A DNA stretch of 64,000 nucleotides from Yuukianura sp. NJ FZ-2021 (taxonomy: Eukaryota), in NCBI GenBank assembly GCA_046563655.1, contig CM102287.1:6200001-6264000 (forward strand), read 5' to 3'. The translations under genes and the position numbers were made by a program. Positions 11,302-23,400 of this stretch are shown one piece after another (the first letter of the stretch is position 1; each line of letters starts with the position of its first letter). The notes under the pieces were generated by a model. It saw only the letters and a list, made by a program, of their open reading frames with translations. It was not told the origin of the DNA and made no database searches.

Positions 11302-13563
11302 TCTGAAAGGAAAACAATTGAGAGTTACATTTTATTACTACGTGAACAATATTCGTGACGCTTATCAGAAACATTTCCGTTCTTTACAAATCTCTAGTAA
11401 CTACACTTTCTTTTAGAACAAGTTAGGCATTTTAGAAAATACGTCAAAAACAGTGTTTTTAAAAGTAGATTCACGATAAGGCTTTGGGGAATTACACGCC
11501 TCTAAAAGACCATGCACGACATGTCATTTTGCTTTTATGAGAGAAAGCAGTGCACAGAGAACTTTAGCTTTTTATTGAAGAGAAATTGTCACTTCTCTTT
11601 TTCCCGTCTGTTTTACGCTCTATTCAGCCGCTGCTTCTTTACCAGCAGGACTTTCTTCTCTAATCTATATTTTCCAATGTAAATTAATAATTATTAGTTA
11701 AAGTGATGTAATTTACTTACGTTTTCTTGTTTATCTCACACCTCTATCAAATCTTCTTTGACTTCTATACAGTTTCGCAGTGTTTGACACTGAAAAACGC
11801 AGCAAATCAAATAATTTTCTTTTAACTTTGATTCAAAGGTTTTTTTTACCACAATCATTTCGGTTAGTTCTTGGCTTCTAATAATATTGAAAATTTGATA
11901 TCAATAACTGCACACTAGGTTAAAGCAGTTTAGAAAATCTGTCGTCTCTTACCGGCAACCCGGGGCGATGTCTCCCCTTCAACTTCTTTTTGGCCAATGT
12001 CCTAGGAAAACCTTGTAAAAGTGGTTTAAAATAGGTAGGGTTTAGTTGCTAAGACAAGGCTACTTAATAAATTTGACTGGATTTGACCTTTTAGGTTTCA
12101 GATTACATTCGATTACATTCAAGGTGTATTAATTAACATAATCTCGGCAAACCTCGAGATATGGTGCTAGGCTGGTAAGACGAATTAGTTAGCCTTGCAC
12201 TTTGCACTTAATACAATAACTATATTGACCACATACATGATAGTTCACTTCAAAGTAGACATATTAGACAAAAACCATGTCTGACTCTGAATTCCTCTGG
12301 ACTCATCTCTAAGTGTCAAAAACCGGTTATTCTGATATAGTCGAGAATGCTGAGAATACATTCCGTATAATTCAAAATAGCACTTTCTTTTTGAAAACAG
12401 AATTTGCTATAAAAAAAGCTCAGTAAAGTAAAGGTGCACCGTGAATAAGAAGGACATTACCACATACTTGGTAGTTGACTACAAATTGGAAAAGAATGAA
12501 ATACTTTGCCTCAATTCCAGGAATCACAGTGGAGGGTGAAAACCGGTTATTTTAATATCGTCATATAATAGTTACAATCAATATTCTTGAAAATAAAACT
12601 ACGTACATTCTGTATTAAAAAAAATGGCGAAAAAGTTATTTTATTGAAAATAGTTCAGAATCTAATGTTTGCACAGTTTGTGCAATGTTTGTACCGTGAA
12701 GTGTACGAGACAGTAAGCCCAAGAGCTATTTGTTGTGACGATATTTTTTGCAAAATGGACAAAGTATGCAAGTAAATCCTTAATAAAAAAAACGAAGTGA
12801 AAGTACTGGGTTAGTGCATACTGAACTCAAATTTCCCCTGATGAGTTTGCTGATAGTTACTTTTTAAAATGACTCCTTAAAATTAAATAAATATTTTACG
12901 TCAACTTATCGTCATACGTCGAAAATGCATGTTTAAAAACATCCGTTTAGGCGAATGAAAAGATCAAAAATTTCTTTTAAAATGTCGACAAACATATTTT
13001 AAATGTTGAAAACTTGGCCTTTCATGCGGAAAGAGTGCACGAACCGGGATGATATTCAATACTGAATATCCATATACATAAAAATATTCCAAACTATTAA
13101 TTTTCAAAATTAATATTATTTGTAACTGAAAACACTAAAGATTCTTATGAAACAACAAATTACAAGAGTAACACAATTGTCGTGGTATGCCTAAATTGTT
13201 TGTTTTTTGTATGTGGCCAATTATACGATGACCTCGAAATGACCTCGCTAGCGTCAACTACTATTCTACGTCCACCACACAATTACAGTAATTGTGGTCA
13301 CTACTTTTTGTCAGACTCTATCAGCATTTCATGAGCATTACGTAAGGTTGCTGTTTTTTGTTCTACATAATCTTCACTTTTCACACTTTTCATTTCATCC
13401 CGTGATTGGATCCTTTGTATGCTGGAACCTGAAGTGCATCTCTACACGGGATCATGCGTCATGGCCTCCAACAAAATCAAATTCCATTGAGACTGAAACA
13501 GCGTTAACAAAAATTTTGGACAGTGTGAATGTGGAGATAGAAGGAGGAAGAAGTAAAAAAAAA

Positions 13564-15452
13564 ATGTTTGTGATTCTGATTTTGACGGCTATTTTGGGCT
13601 ATCTCTGCTATCGGGCATGGTTCCAGAAACCTCCAAACTTTCCACCCGGTTAGCTAGCATGGAAGAACATTTTTCAGAACCATTAACGATTTTATTTAGT
13701 TAGTACGACTTTTTTTTTTATTATTTATAACAGGTCCATTTTGTTGGCCAATCATCGGTGCAATCCACATAACAAAAGATACACCACATTTAGCTGGACA
13801 AAGACTTGCAAAAATATATGGCCCTACCATTGGTCTGAAATTTGCAAGTGAATGGTCAGTCAAAAATTAATCCAAAGTAATTAAAAAATTTCTAATTAAT
13901 CGTTTTCATGATTTTTTTTTATAAGGAATATACTACTTCATGACCCCAAAACTATCCGGGAAGCCTTTAACGATCCGGCAACAAGTGGCAGGAGTGCAAC
14001 TGAGGCCACCGCATTCGTGCTTGGAGATGAATTCGGAATTTTGCAAGCGTCGGGAGATGTGTGGACGGAGCAGCGCCGATTTGCAATGCGAACTCTACGA
14101 GATTTCGGATTCGGCAAAGCGTCGATGGAGGAGATGATTCTGGAAGAGGCTCAAGAGCTCGTTGATTGGCTGAAGAAACAGGGTGGAAGGCCAGTAGAAC
14201 TCAAGAGACGCTTCAGTTTAGCAGTTGTGAACTCTTTATGGCGAATCCTTACTGGAGAGCGCTATGAACATGATGATCCAGCGCTTGTTGCTATTTTGGA
14301 AAATTTGGAGAGGTGAATTTGCGTAATTTCCAGATTTTTTGAATATGTTTTTGAATTTTTTTAATTGAATTTTTTAGTACTCAACGCCAACTCCTAGATT
14401 TCAGTGCTCCACTCAAAGTAGCTCTGTTATTTTTCTACCCCAAAATTGCAAAATTCTTTTCAAGTTATACTGGTTGGACCAAATTAGAAGAAACTGTGAA
14501 ATCTAGAACAGACTTGTTTGATAGAATTATTGACGAACATTTTGAAACATTGGATAAGAGCAATCCCAGAGATTTTGTCGATGTCTATTTACAAGAAGTT
14601 GAAAAGACTGACAACAGTACGTCCAGTTTCCATCCATCCATAGGAAGTAAGACAAGCTTTTACAAGTTACTTAAAAAGTTCTCAAAAATTTTCAACAGTT
14701 TTTTAAAACTATATCTTGCTGAAATCTAATATTAAGGACACAGTTTGAGATCCGTCATTTCTGACTTGTTTCTGGCGGGTTCCGACACAACTTCTGTCAC
14801 TCTGCTATGGACAATCCTCTATCTACTGCACAACCCGCGGGTGCTTGAAAAGATGCAAAAGGAATTGGATTCAGTTGTGGGAACTGAAAGGGCTCCAACC
14901 CTAAACGATCGAAAACAGTACAACAGCATCATAAAAACAAAATCAGACTAAAAAGTTTTTAAATGTTGATATGATTTTATTGTAATTGTTTGATTTTTCA
15001 GGTTACCGTATTTGGAGTGCGTTATAATGGAGACTATGCGGTACTCCTCAATAGTTCCAATTGGCGTAGCTCATATGTGCGTGCAAGATTGCAAGATTGG
15101 AGGCTACGACATTCCGAAAGGAACTTTGTTAAGTCCGAATGTTTACCACGTCCATCATGATCCAGAAGTTTGGGGCGATCCCGAAGTCTTCCGACCGGAA
15201 AGATTCCTTACTCCAGAGGGAACTTGCGTCGGACGACACGAGTCTTTCATGCCGTTTTCTGTCGGACGTCGTGTTTGCATGGGTGAAAGTTTGGCGCGTG
15301 ATTCGCTCTTCATTTTTACGGCTCTACTCGTTCAAAATTTTACGGTGGCTTTACCCCCAGGAGAAACTGAAATGCCGACGCTTGAAGCCAAAACTGGACA
15401 AGTCACCTTGCAGCCGCATCCGTTTCAAGTTAGCATGAAGAGTAGGTTTTAG
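13564..15452 (+). CDS. Cytochrome P450, CYP2 clan (CYP15/CYP304-like), multi-exon
   Basis: N-terminal TM anchor followed by PPGP. Motifs WTEQRRFAMRTLRDFGFGK, I-helix AGSDTT, ETMR (ExxR), PERF and heme-binding FSVGRRVCMGE. Exons joined by GT-AG introns. Confidence 0.95.
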
Positions 15453-16059
15453 GTAATTCTTTTCCGTTTTAAGAACTCGAAATTTTAGATTTCCAGTTTA
15501 ATACTACCTCTGAGAAAATAATTTTCATCATGCACTGCTGTATGCTTTAATAAATGAGACTATGCAGTAGGGAAACGAAAAATTCGCGAATTTCAAATTT
15601 TTGCAAATTACACATGCGACATTTTCTGGTAGATCGTCGGCTCCCGGTCTCTTTGCAAGGTTTTGAAATTTTGAGAGAGTTGGTTGTCTGAAGTAGTAAA
15701 ATGTAGTGGAGAAGAATTTGCAAATTGTGAAATCCTGATGACATCAACAAAGTCTAATTTCGACATCAGCCTCTTCAATTCATTCTCAAATCTAACAAGA
15801 CGGCTCGTGACTTCCTTGACATTTGAACTTGGAGAATCAAATAAAAGAAAATTAGTAGTTTTCCTCAATAGAAACATGCCGTAGAGGCAGCAGTTTCACT
15901 TCAACGTTCAAGTAAACCATTCTCAAACGACGCTTTTGAAACACGTTTTTTAAAAATGTCAGAAAATCTTAATCGATTTGTTGATAATCTTGTGTAAGGA
16001 CAACTGAATTTATAAGATTTTTGTGTTTTGAAAAAAAAGACAAAGTGTGAAGTTTAATC

Positions 16060-17662
16060 ATGGTAACTTCTCAACAAAGTTACAAGTTGCAAGTGAACAT
16101 GAGCGAACTTAATTTTGAAGAAACTCAAAACAGGACAACAGGGTTTCGAAAGTTTTTAGGAATTTTGTTACCGTTTGTTTCCGGAATTTGTTTTACAATT
16201 ACGAATATAATGGTGAAGCTTCTGAAAAGTTATCATCCAGTTAACATTTCATTTTGGGGGAGTTTTGGATACTTCTTACCAATGTTACCAATTTTGATGT
16301 ATTTCATGTTGTATAAAAGAATCAACATTTTCAAAACATTGCTGCTGTATCAGTACAATACCCAAAACCAAGAGGATTTAGAAAGTAACGTCGGAAGTAA
16401 TAAATTCCCGGACAAATGGAAACCAACAATAATTCTATTGGTAAAAACTGAAAAGCTAACAAGTAGTGGAGTTATAATACGTGTGAAATTTTTTCCTTAG
16501 AAATTTTGACTTTATTTGAAATTTCAGTTTTCAAGATTTTGTGGTGTGGGAACATATATTGCCGAGCTGTACTCACTTCAATATTTGACAATTGCCGACT
16601 ATACGGTGATCAAATACTGTGGGCCAATTGTTACTATTGTGATGGCTCACTTTTGTCTAAAAGAAAGATGTGGATTCATCACCATTCCTATATGTATGAA
16701 ATTGGCAATCATAAATTTAGCTTTACATTTACATCAAAACACTTTTTATTCAATGTTTAATTCTTGTACTTATTGCAGCAATTCTGGTTTTGTTTGGTGT
16801 TGTTGTAATTGCAAGGCCCCCATTTTTAACAAACGAAACAAATTTTAACGGCGATTTACTCGTAAGTTTTTGAAACAAATTTCCCATACAAAATTGTTTA
16901 ACATTTCATAACAATTTTGACTGTTTAGATTTTATCTCTTCCAGATCTTAGGATTGATAACGTTACTTGAATTTATGTACTTAAATTAAGCTTCATTTTT
17001 AATTTTGTAGATTGGAATTGCGTTTGCAATGGTGGTGGTGATGTTATCAGCAATTGTTGTCATTTCGACAAGACGACTGCGTCAAGTTCACTTTGCTGTT
17101 ATGAGCTTTAGTTCGGGATTGGTGGGATTTGTAAGTTGCGGAGTATTGGCGCAAAGTATGGGCGTCCTGCACCCGCCAGCGAACATTAGAGACATTGCAG
17201 TATTTGGTGTCTTAGGATTTTCATCGTTTTGTGGATCTCTGTGCTTCATTATGGCACTCAAATTTGAAGAAGCTTCTACGGTAAATTTTACTAAAAATAA
17301 ATTTAAAACACTCCAAAGTGCATTTTGCGTTGTCTTTCATGAAATATGAATTTAAATGTCCGTATTTCAGGTAAAATTAATACGGATGTCCGATGTAATC
17401 TTGTGCTTTGGTTCCCAGTTTGTGTTTCTATCGGTTGTGCCAGATCGGTGGAGGTTAGTTTATGTTTAGCTTAAACTTACTTAAAGAGTTATTGGAACGG
17501 GTCAATGTAATTAAACTTTTGATGATGTTAATTTTGTTTAATAGCATAGTTGGGGCTTTAATAATTCTCACTGGAGTTGTTCTAATAATGTTCCGCAAAA
17601 TATTATCTACTTTGGGACATCAACACTCATGCAGACAAAGTTGCAGATGCTTCCTGTGGTAG
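16060..17662 (+). CDS. SLC35G-like EamA/DMT superfamily transporter (multi-exon)
   Basis: Multi-TM exons with EamA-type motifs (YSLQYLTIADYTVIKY..PIVTIVMAHFCLKE, ALKFEEASTV, SIVGALIILTGV). The start may be 16060 or 16078. Confidence 0.85.
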
Positions 17663-18284
17663 GATTTGTATACATTGACCTCGGAATGTAACAGAATCAC
17701 TTCTTAACAAACTGCTCCCCAAATCAGTATTGCGTCTAAGAGTCTATGCGTAATTTTATTCGCAAGGTATTCAAGTAACAAGTATAAAAATTAATATTAA
17801 AAAAAACATAAAATATATTTTGGACTACAAAATTTTTATAAACCCAAGGCCATTTCAATTTAATTTGATCATTTATTTGGTTGACATCTGTGGCACTATC
17901 AACATGAGTGGACGTTAGTTATCAGATTATAGCAGGTTGAAAAGTTACTTGGACTAATGTTGGACTAAAGTTTAATCACCTAAGACTAACTTAAACTTTA
18001 AACCAAAGGCTATTTGAATTACTATCAACAATCAAAAAGCCCTGCGTCAACTTCTCTAAAGCCACAATGCTCAAATGTATGTCGTACCAACCAAGCTTCC
18101 TTGACAACCAATCATCTTCTCTTAAGAGGTTGCGTATTACCTCGGTTGTTTACCCAAAAAATGAAAATAACAAAAAACTGAGTACCAGGAGTACCAGTTC
18201 CAAAATAACTTGGTACCAGTAAGAATTCTGATTCTGGAAACCGTTTCCGTTTGAAATCACGCGTTGAAAATCGTACCTTCCAAA

Positions 18285-19104
18285 ATGGTTAACTGTTCTT
18301 TTCCTAAGTGTAACGTTTCTCAGTATAGTTTTAAGTCCAGCACAATCAAATTCAGATTATTTCGAGTTCCAAAGCATCCAGAAACGAGGAAGAAGTGGGA
18401 AGAGGCTTGTGGTGTGACATTACGTGATTCTGCACGCATTTGCTCGAATCATTTCCCTCAACTAGAAGAACATCACATTTATCTACCGAAGGAATTCATT
18501 CCTCAACAACAAACTGCAGGTAGAATTAATTAAAAAAATAATTAAAAAATTTCAGTATTAAGCAATTAGAAGTTTCTGTTTTTTGTTTAAGGAGTTCCAA
18601 CTCAGCCAAAGGGTTCTACAAAAGCGTACAAGAAAGATTACAGACACCGGTATTTTGCTGTACGAAGGAGACGAAACAAGGAGAATTTGGAATTGAAGAA
18701 ACGTTATGAATTGAAACTGGAGAAAAAAGATAAATTAATTTTGAGACTTCGAGGTTTACCTTCTACTGAATTTCTGCAAATGACGGAAGTATGGGATGAA
18801 TACTTCAGAAGGTATCTAAACCCCAACAAAGTATAGAATAGCTTTAAAATTTGGAAATCGTTAAATTAACTCAATTCCCTGTAACTGTTTCCTCAGGTTT
18901 CATGGGAATCTCATCAGTTTGAAGCCTGGAGTAATTCAATTACTTAGTAAAATCGTCGCAAATGAGTTTTCACACGTGGAACCAGAAATTATTCACAAAT
19001 TCATTCGTGTACGCACGTTCATCAGGATCAGACACTTGAATTTCAAGCTTGAAGCTGCAAAATCTAGACACAAGATACTAAAAAAGTCAACTCAGTTCTA
19101 TTAG
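18285..19104 (+). CDS. THAP-domain protein derived from an internally deleted P-element-type transposase (exons 18285-18519, 18592-18811, 18897-19104)
   Basis: THAP C2CH signature (MVNCSFPKC...FRVPKHP..RKKW...ICSNHF). A basic/coiled-coil segment follows, then GLPSTEF...FRRFHG...FIRVRTFIRIRHLN, resembling P-transposase C-termini. The spliced frame is open throughout. Confidence 0.75.
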
Positions 19105-19683
19105 TTCATATTGTTTCTTACTGGAAGCGAAGCATTTCTAAGCAATAAAAAATCTAAAAAAAAAAATTTCAAAAAATTGGAATTTCTCTATTTAAAATGT
19201 TATGACAACGGATTCTTGAAGGCGTGCAAGAAAAGTGCACTTTTTTTTCGAGATTTAAAAATGCATGAGGTAATACGCAACCTTATAAGGGATTCTTTGT
19301 TTACAAACGTTGGTACCAACTTTCTTTTGCCACACCGACCTGTTTTATTTCTTATTGTTCGTTTTTAAAGTGCTCTTTATGAGTTGAATTTAAATTGAAA
19401 GTTCCAATTTAAAACTTTTGCCTGCATACTTAAACATTTTGCTTATACACAAAACAGAGGGCTCGAATTGATAGTTGTTAACTATAATAGCAGAACCTTC
19501 ATATTTAAAATATCCGTTTTTGCTACATTACTTTTCGCAGTGATCATAATTTTGCCTAGTGTTTTGAAGTGGTTTAGTAAACTATCAAATTACACCCAGC
19601 AGGTATAGTTTGCATAAAATTTCTGTTTCTCGACATGTTTCAAATGATTGATAATGATTTCCGGGAAATCTTATATTATATAG

Positions 19684-20163
19684 GTGCATTGCCATTTGCC
19701 ACCTCCATTCGTCCACATTACAAGGATGCACCACATGTGGCTTCTGGGAAATTGACTCGCAAGTATGGTCCAATCGTTGCCCTATTTGCAACTGAACGGT
19801 AAACAAAAGGCTTCAAATCAGTCAAAATCCGAATGTCAGAAATGTTTAAAAAATAGCTACTTTTGTCGAACAAGCATACGGTTCCATTACGGTTACTGAA
19901 CTCATTCGTGAGGCTTTCAATCACCCTGCTGCGACTGGACGAACTTTGACCGAAGTAGACGCGTTCCTTGTTGGAGATGAATACGGAATTCTCCAAGCAT
20001 CACTTGACATTTGGAACACCATTTGGGATGAACATCGAAGATTTACAATGCGAATGTTACGAGATTGTGGGTTTGGAGGAGAGCGTTGATGGAAGAGGCA
20101 CACGATCTCGTTGATAGGCTGCAGAAACAAGAGGGGAGGCCAGTAGAACTTAAGTCACGCTAG
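19684..20163 (+). pseudogene. Truncated CYP2-clan P450 pseudogene, paralogue of the gene at 13564-15452
   Basis: Plus-strand fragments KDAPHVASGKLTRKYGPIV, EAFNHPAATGR..GDEYGILQAS..WDEHRRFTMRMLRDCGFG and EEAHDLVDRLQKQEGRPVELK mirror exons 2-3 of the intact CYP. A deletion/frameshift and stop follow GFG, and the 3' exons are absent. Confidence 0.85.
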
Positions 20164-20426
20164 AATTGACCAAAAACTTGTACTAGTACGCGGTTTTGCC
20201 TAACTTTCCTTTTCTATTTATCGAAGGAAAAGACGTTTTGAAATTTGAAGTTACCTGTCAAAGATCAAAATCTAAAGCAACCTGACCCTTCCTTTTCATA
20301 TTGAGTTAAACGAGAAAAAAAATGGTCTGGGCAACAGTCAGACACGGTTTTGCTAGTTAGCAAATGCATGTATGGTACTTAGTTAATGTGTTTTGTTCAG
20401 ACGAATGGCATGATGCCGTAGTATGT

Positions 20427-23400
20427 GGGACTCCCTAAAAGGCGGATCGCGGATTAGGTGGATTCACCTAAAGATTCACGTAAAACACTACGAAAAGACG
20501 GCTCCGCGCGCACTACAACAGAAAAAGCCGGATTGTTGCACGATATACTGAGAAATCGAAAATCTGGAGCATTATTTTAAGCATATAAAAAGATCATGAT
20601 GCGAGTGACATCATATTACATAAAACACAGTGTTAGGCTGCGGGCTGACGCATACTCTACCCTGAGTCATTGTTCTCTACCAATACTTTCGTCAGTTACA
20701 AAACTTATTGTATCCCACTGGATGTCAACTCAAAAATCCAATACGTTTATAGTCTCCTCACTTCCATTCGCTGCTTCACCCACTCTATATCCCCCGACGC
20801 ATGACAATGACAATTCGTTTTGTACAAAACAGGGTTGAAGTAAGCCAAATACTGAATAGTTGTACCCAGCTTTTGTTTTTTTGTCTCACTTTTTGTTAAT
20901 TTAACAATTGAAGGGGCCAGTCAAAGAAGTGCCTCTAGAAAATTTTGATTTTTAGAAAATCGTGTTACCAAGCCAATTTTTATCAAATTTTAATTTTAAT
21001 TAAAAGCGTCCGCCCGAAACTACGCTCTCGCAGTAAATTTCTTCTAGCGAAATCGCAAAAAATCGCGTGAAAAATCGCACATTGGATTATGACTTTAAAA
21101 AAATCGCGCGTTGTATTAAAATCCCATGAAAAATCGCATTTTGAATTAAGTTGGTGCGAAAAATCGCACGTTGTAACAACATCGCGCGAAAAATCGCACG
21201 TTGAATTAAAATCCCGTGAAAATCGCACGTTGAATTAAGATCGCGTGAAAAATCGCACGTCGAGTTAAGATCACGTGAAAAATCCCACGTTTAATTTATT
21301 TCAGGTTAAGAATCGGTGTATCGGATATCCACTTTTTTAGCATTCCATCCTTATATCCACGAGATATATTGATAAATCTGGATAAAATCCAGGTTCCAGT
21401 GGACGAAATTGGGTTGTTTCACCTGGAAGAAACCAATAAAACCCGGTATATCCCCCACTTTCGAGTAGAGTGGAAGAAGCATTTTATCCATCCATCAACA
21501 CTTAAAACTCGTATCCCGCGATAAAGATTACGTGAGAAATCCTACTAATATTTGAACGCCGTACGCAAGCATTCCACATGCGGCGTATCTGTAAACTTCA
21601 TAGATGTTTAAAACGTTTCGTATCAAAATGCTGAAATGGGACCGAAACACTTGCTAGCTCAGGCTTTGCAGTTTTACCGGCTCGGGTATGTGCCATACAT
21701 TTGCAACGGTTTAGAATTTTGAAAATTGGAAAATTTTTCCTAATGAGAAGTGAGGTGCCCTGCGATTTAGCGATTCTGGCACCCTCTTGAATCGCGTGCG
21801 CAATGCATCGGCTTGATTCATTGCCTTGATCTAATCTAACCCATAATATGCGTTTGCTTTCTAAGCGTATCTTTCAGCTGGTTTTACCTCCATTTACCGC
21901 GAAAAACTACTACCAACTGCCTGTATTATTTACGAGGACCACCGTTGCCACCGGTGCTCCGGAGTTAAAAAATATAAAAACGGAGTTATGCTTATGTTTC
22001 TTAACCAAAGTTTATGATCTGCGTATTTCCGTTACAAATGAAACTGAAAACGGTAAAATTATCTGTAAATGTTTCAAGTTTAATGCATCGCCCAAGCCCG
22101 CATCGCGAATCTGTTGTCCCAAACAAGGCGATTCGGATGTATCGTACGATAAGGAAAAGTGGCGGGATCGCCAGCGATTCATCGGGGCCTCTCAAATGGA
22201 AATATTACCTGTCTCGGTCACTTTTGGGAATTTCGATCCGAAAAGTCTGAATCTTCTGAAATGAGAGACCAGCATTTAATTTAAAACAATTTAATTTTCA
22301 CTTCATCCTGACATTTTTCACGCCATCGTATTTCAGGGTGCAATTTTTCACGCCATCGTTTTTCAGCGTGCGATTTTTCACCCAGTCTTAATTTAGCATG
22401 CGATTTTTCCACGATCTGGATCCAATGCAAAATGTATTAAACATACGAGTTTTAATGCCAAATTCGTAAAACGTGCGATTTTTATCATAAAATAAATTAT
22501 ACGCACGACTTTCAACGCGAAATATTTAAACGTGCAACTTTGAACACGAAATAAATTCAAGGCGCGATTTTTACCCCGATCCTTCTTAAATCAGATTTTT
22601 TTCGATTTAGTTAGAAGTATTTTTCGGGGAGCACGTAGTTTTGGGCCGACGCATGGAATTGAAATTTAAATTAATCTAAATCTCGTTTCATTTCTTTTTT
22701 TCGCCTGTGAACAAAAAAACGTCCGAAGGTCCTAATGGTGGTCCTTTAAAATTTTCAATATTTACGGTATTACGCTTCATAAGAAGTGCGAAGCGTAATC
22801 AATGTATGCACAAAAAATTAATTGTTGCTATCAACAACTGGAATCTGTAATCAACAAGATCTTAGAGGCACTTCTTTGACTGGCTCCTTCAATTGTTAAA
22901 TCATTTTTGGGACATTGTCTGTCAAACTGGTACGCAACAGTCTAGGATCTTCGGTGGCCTGGGGCCACCGAAAGATCCTAGTTCTGCATAAGAGGAAGAA
23001 AACAAAAAATAGCTGCAAGAGTCTAACCCTGGATGAGAGTACTTGAAATCGATACAATGACCCCGAAGACCGAAGCTGCATCTATTACTAACACGCCTGG
23101 AAGGATGTGTAAGTGATTGTATGTAGAGCCTTCATTTGTTATAGGAGGTACCATGTCCTAGTGATAACACTAGGTTTCTACATTAACATGTTTAACTTCA
23201 CCTTTAGTAAGTTGCGTATCCACTGTTGTAAGTATGTGAGTGGAAAAGAGATCCTCAGTCGCATATTTTTATTTTGATATCGTCGTTGTTATGCTAACCG
23301 GCACTGCCCGTGTAATTGTTGTAGGATTGCTCACCGTTTCTCTCCAAATATACCCTCCCGCTTTGGTAATTACTTGGCCGCTACGTCATATGGTGTCGAT

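Noticed and set aside
15547..15884. Overlapping short ORFs between the CYP and SLC35G genes
   Set aside because: No motifs or supporting exon structure.
17845..19500. TIRs flanking the P-element-derived THAP gene
   Set aside because: Only weak partial inverted similarity (~18003-18042 vs ~19456-19500) and no 8-bp TSD found.
19585..20130. Minus-strand ORFs in the ORF track
   Set aside because: Shadow frames of the plus-strand CYP pseudogene.
21050..21295. ~30-bp periodic repeats as a possible CRISPR array
   Set aside because: Degenerate tandem units without unique spacers, no cas genes, eukaryotic context, and mirrored at the other end of a TIR element.
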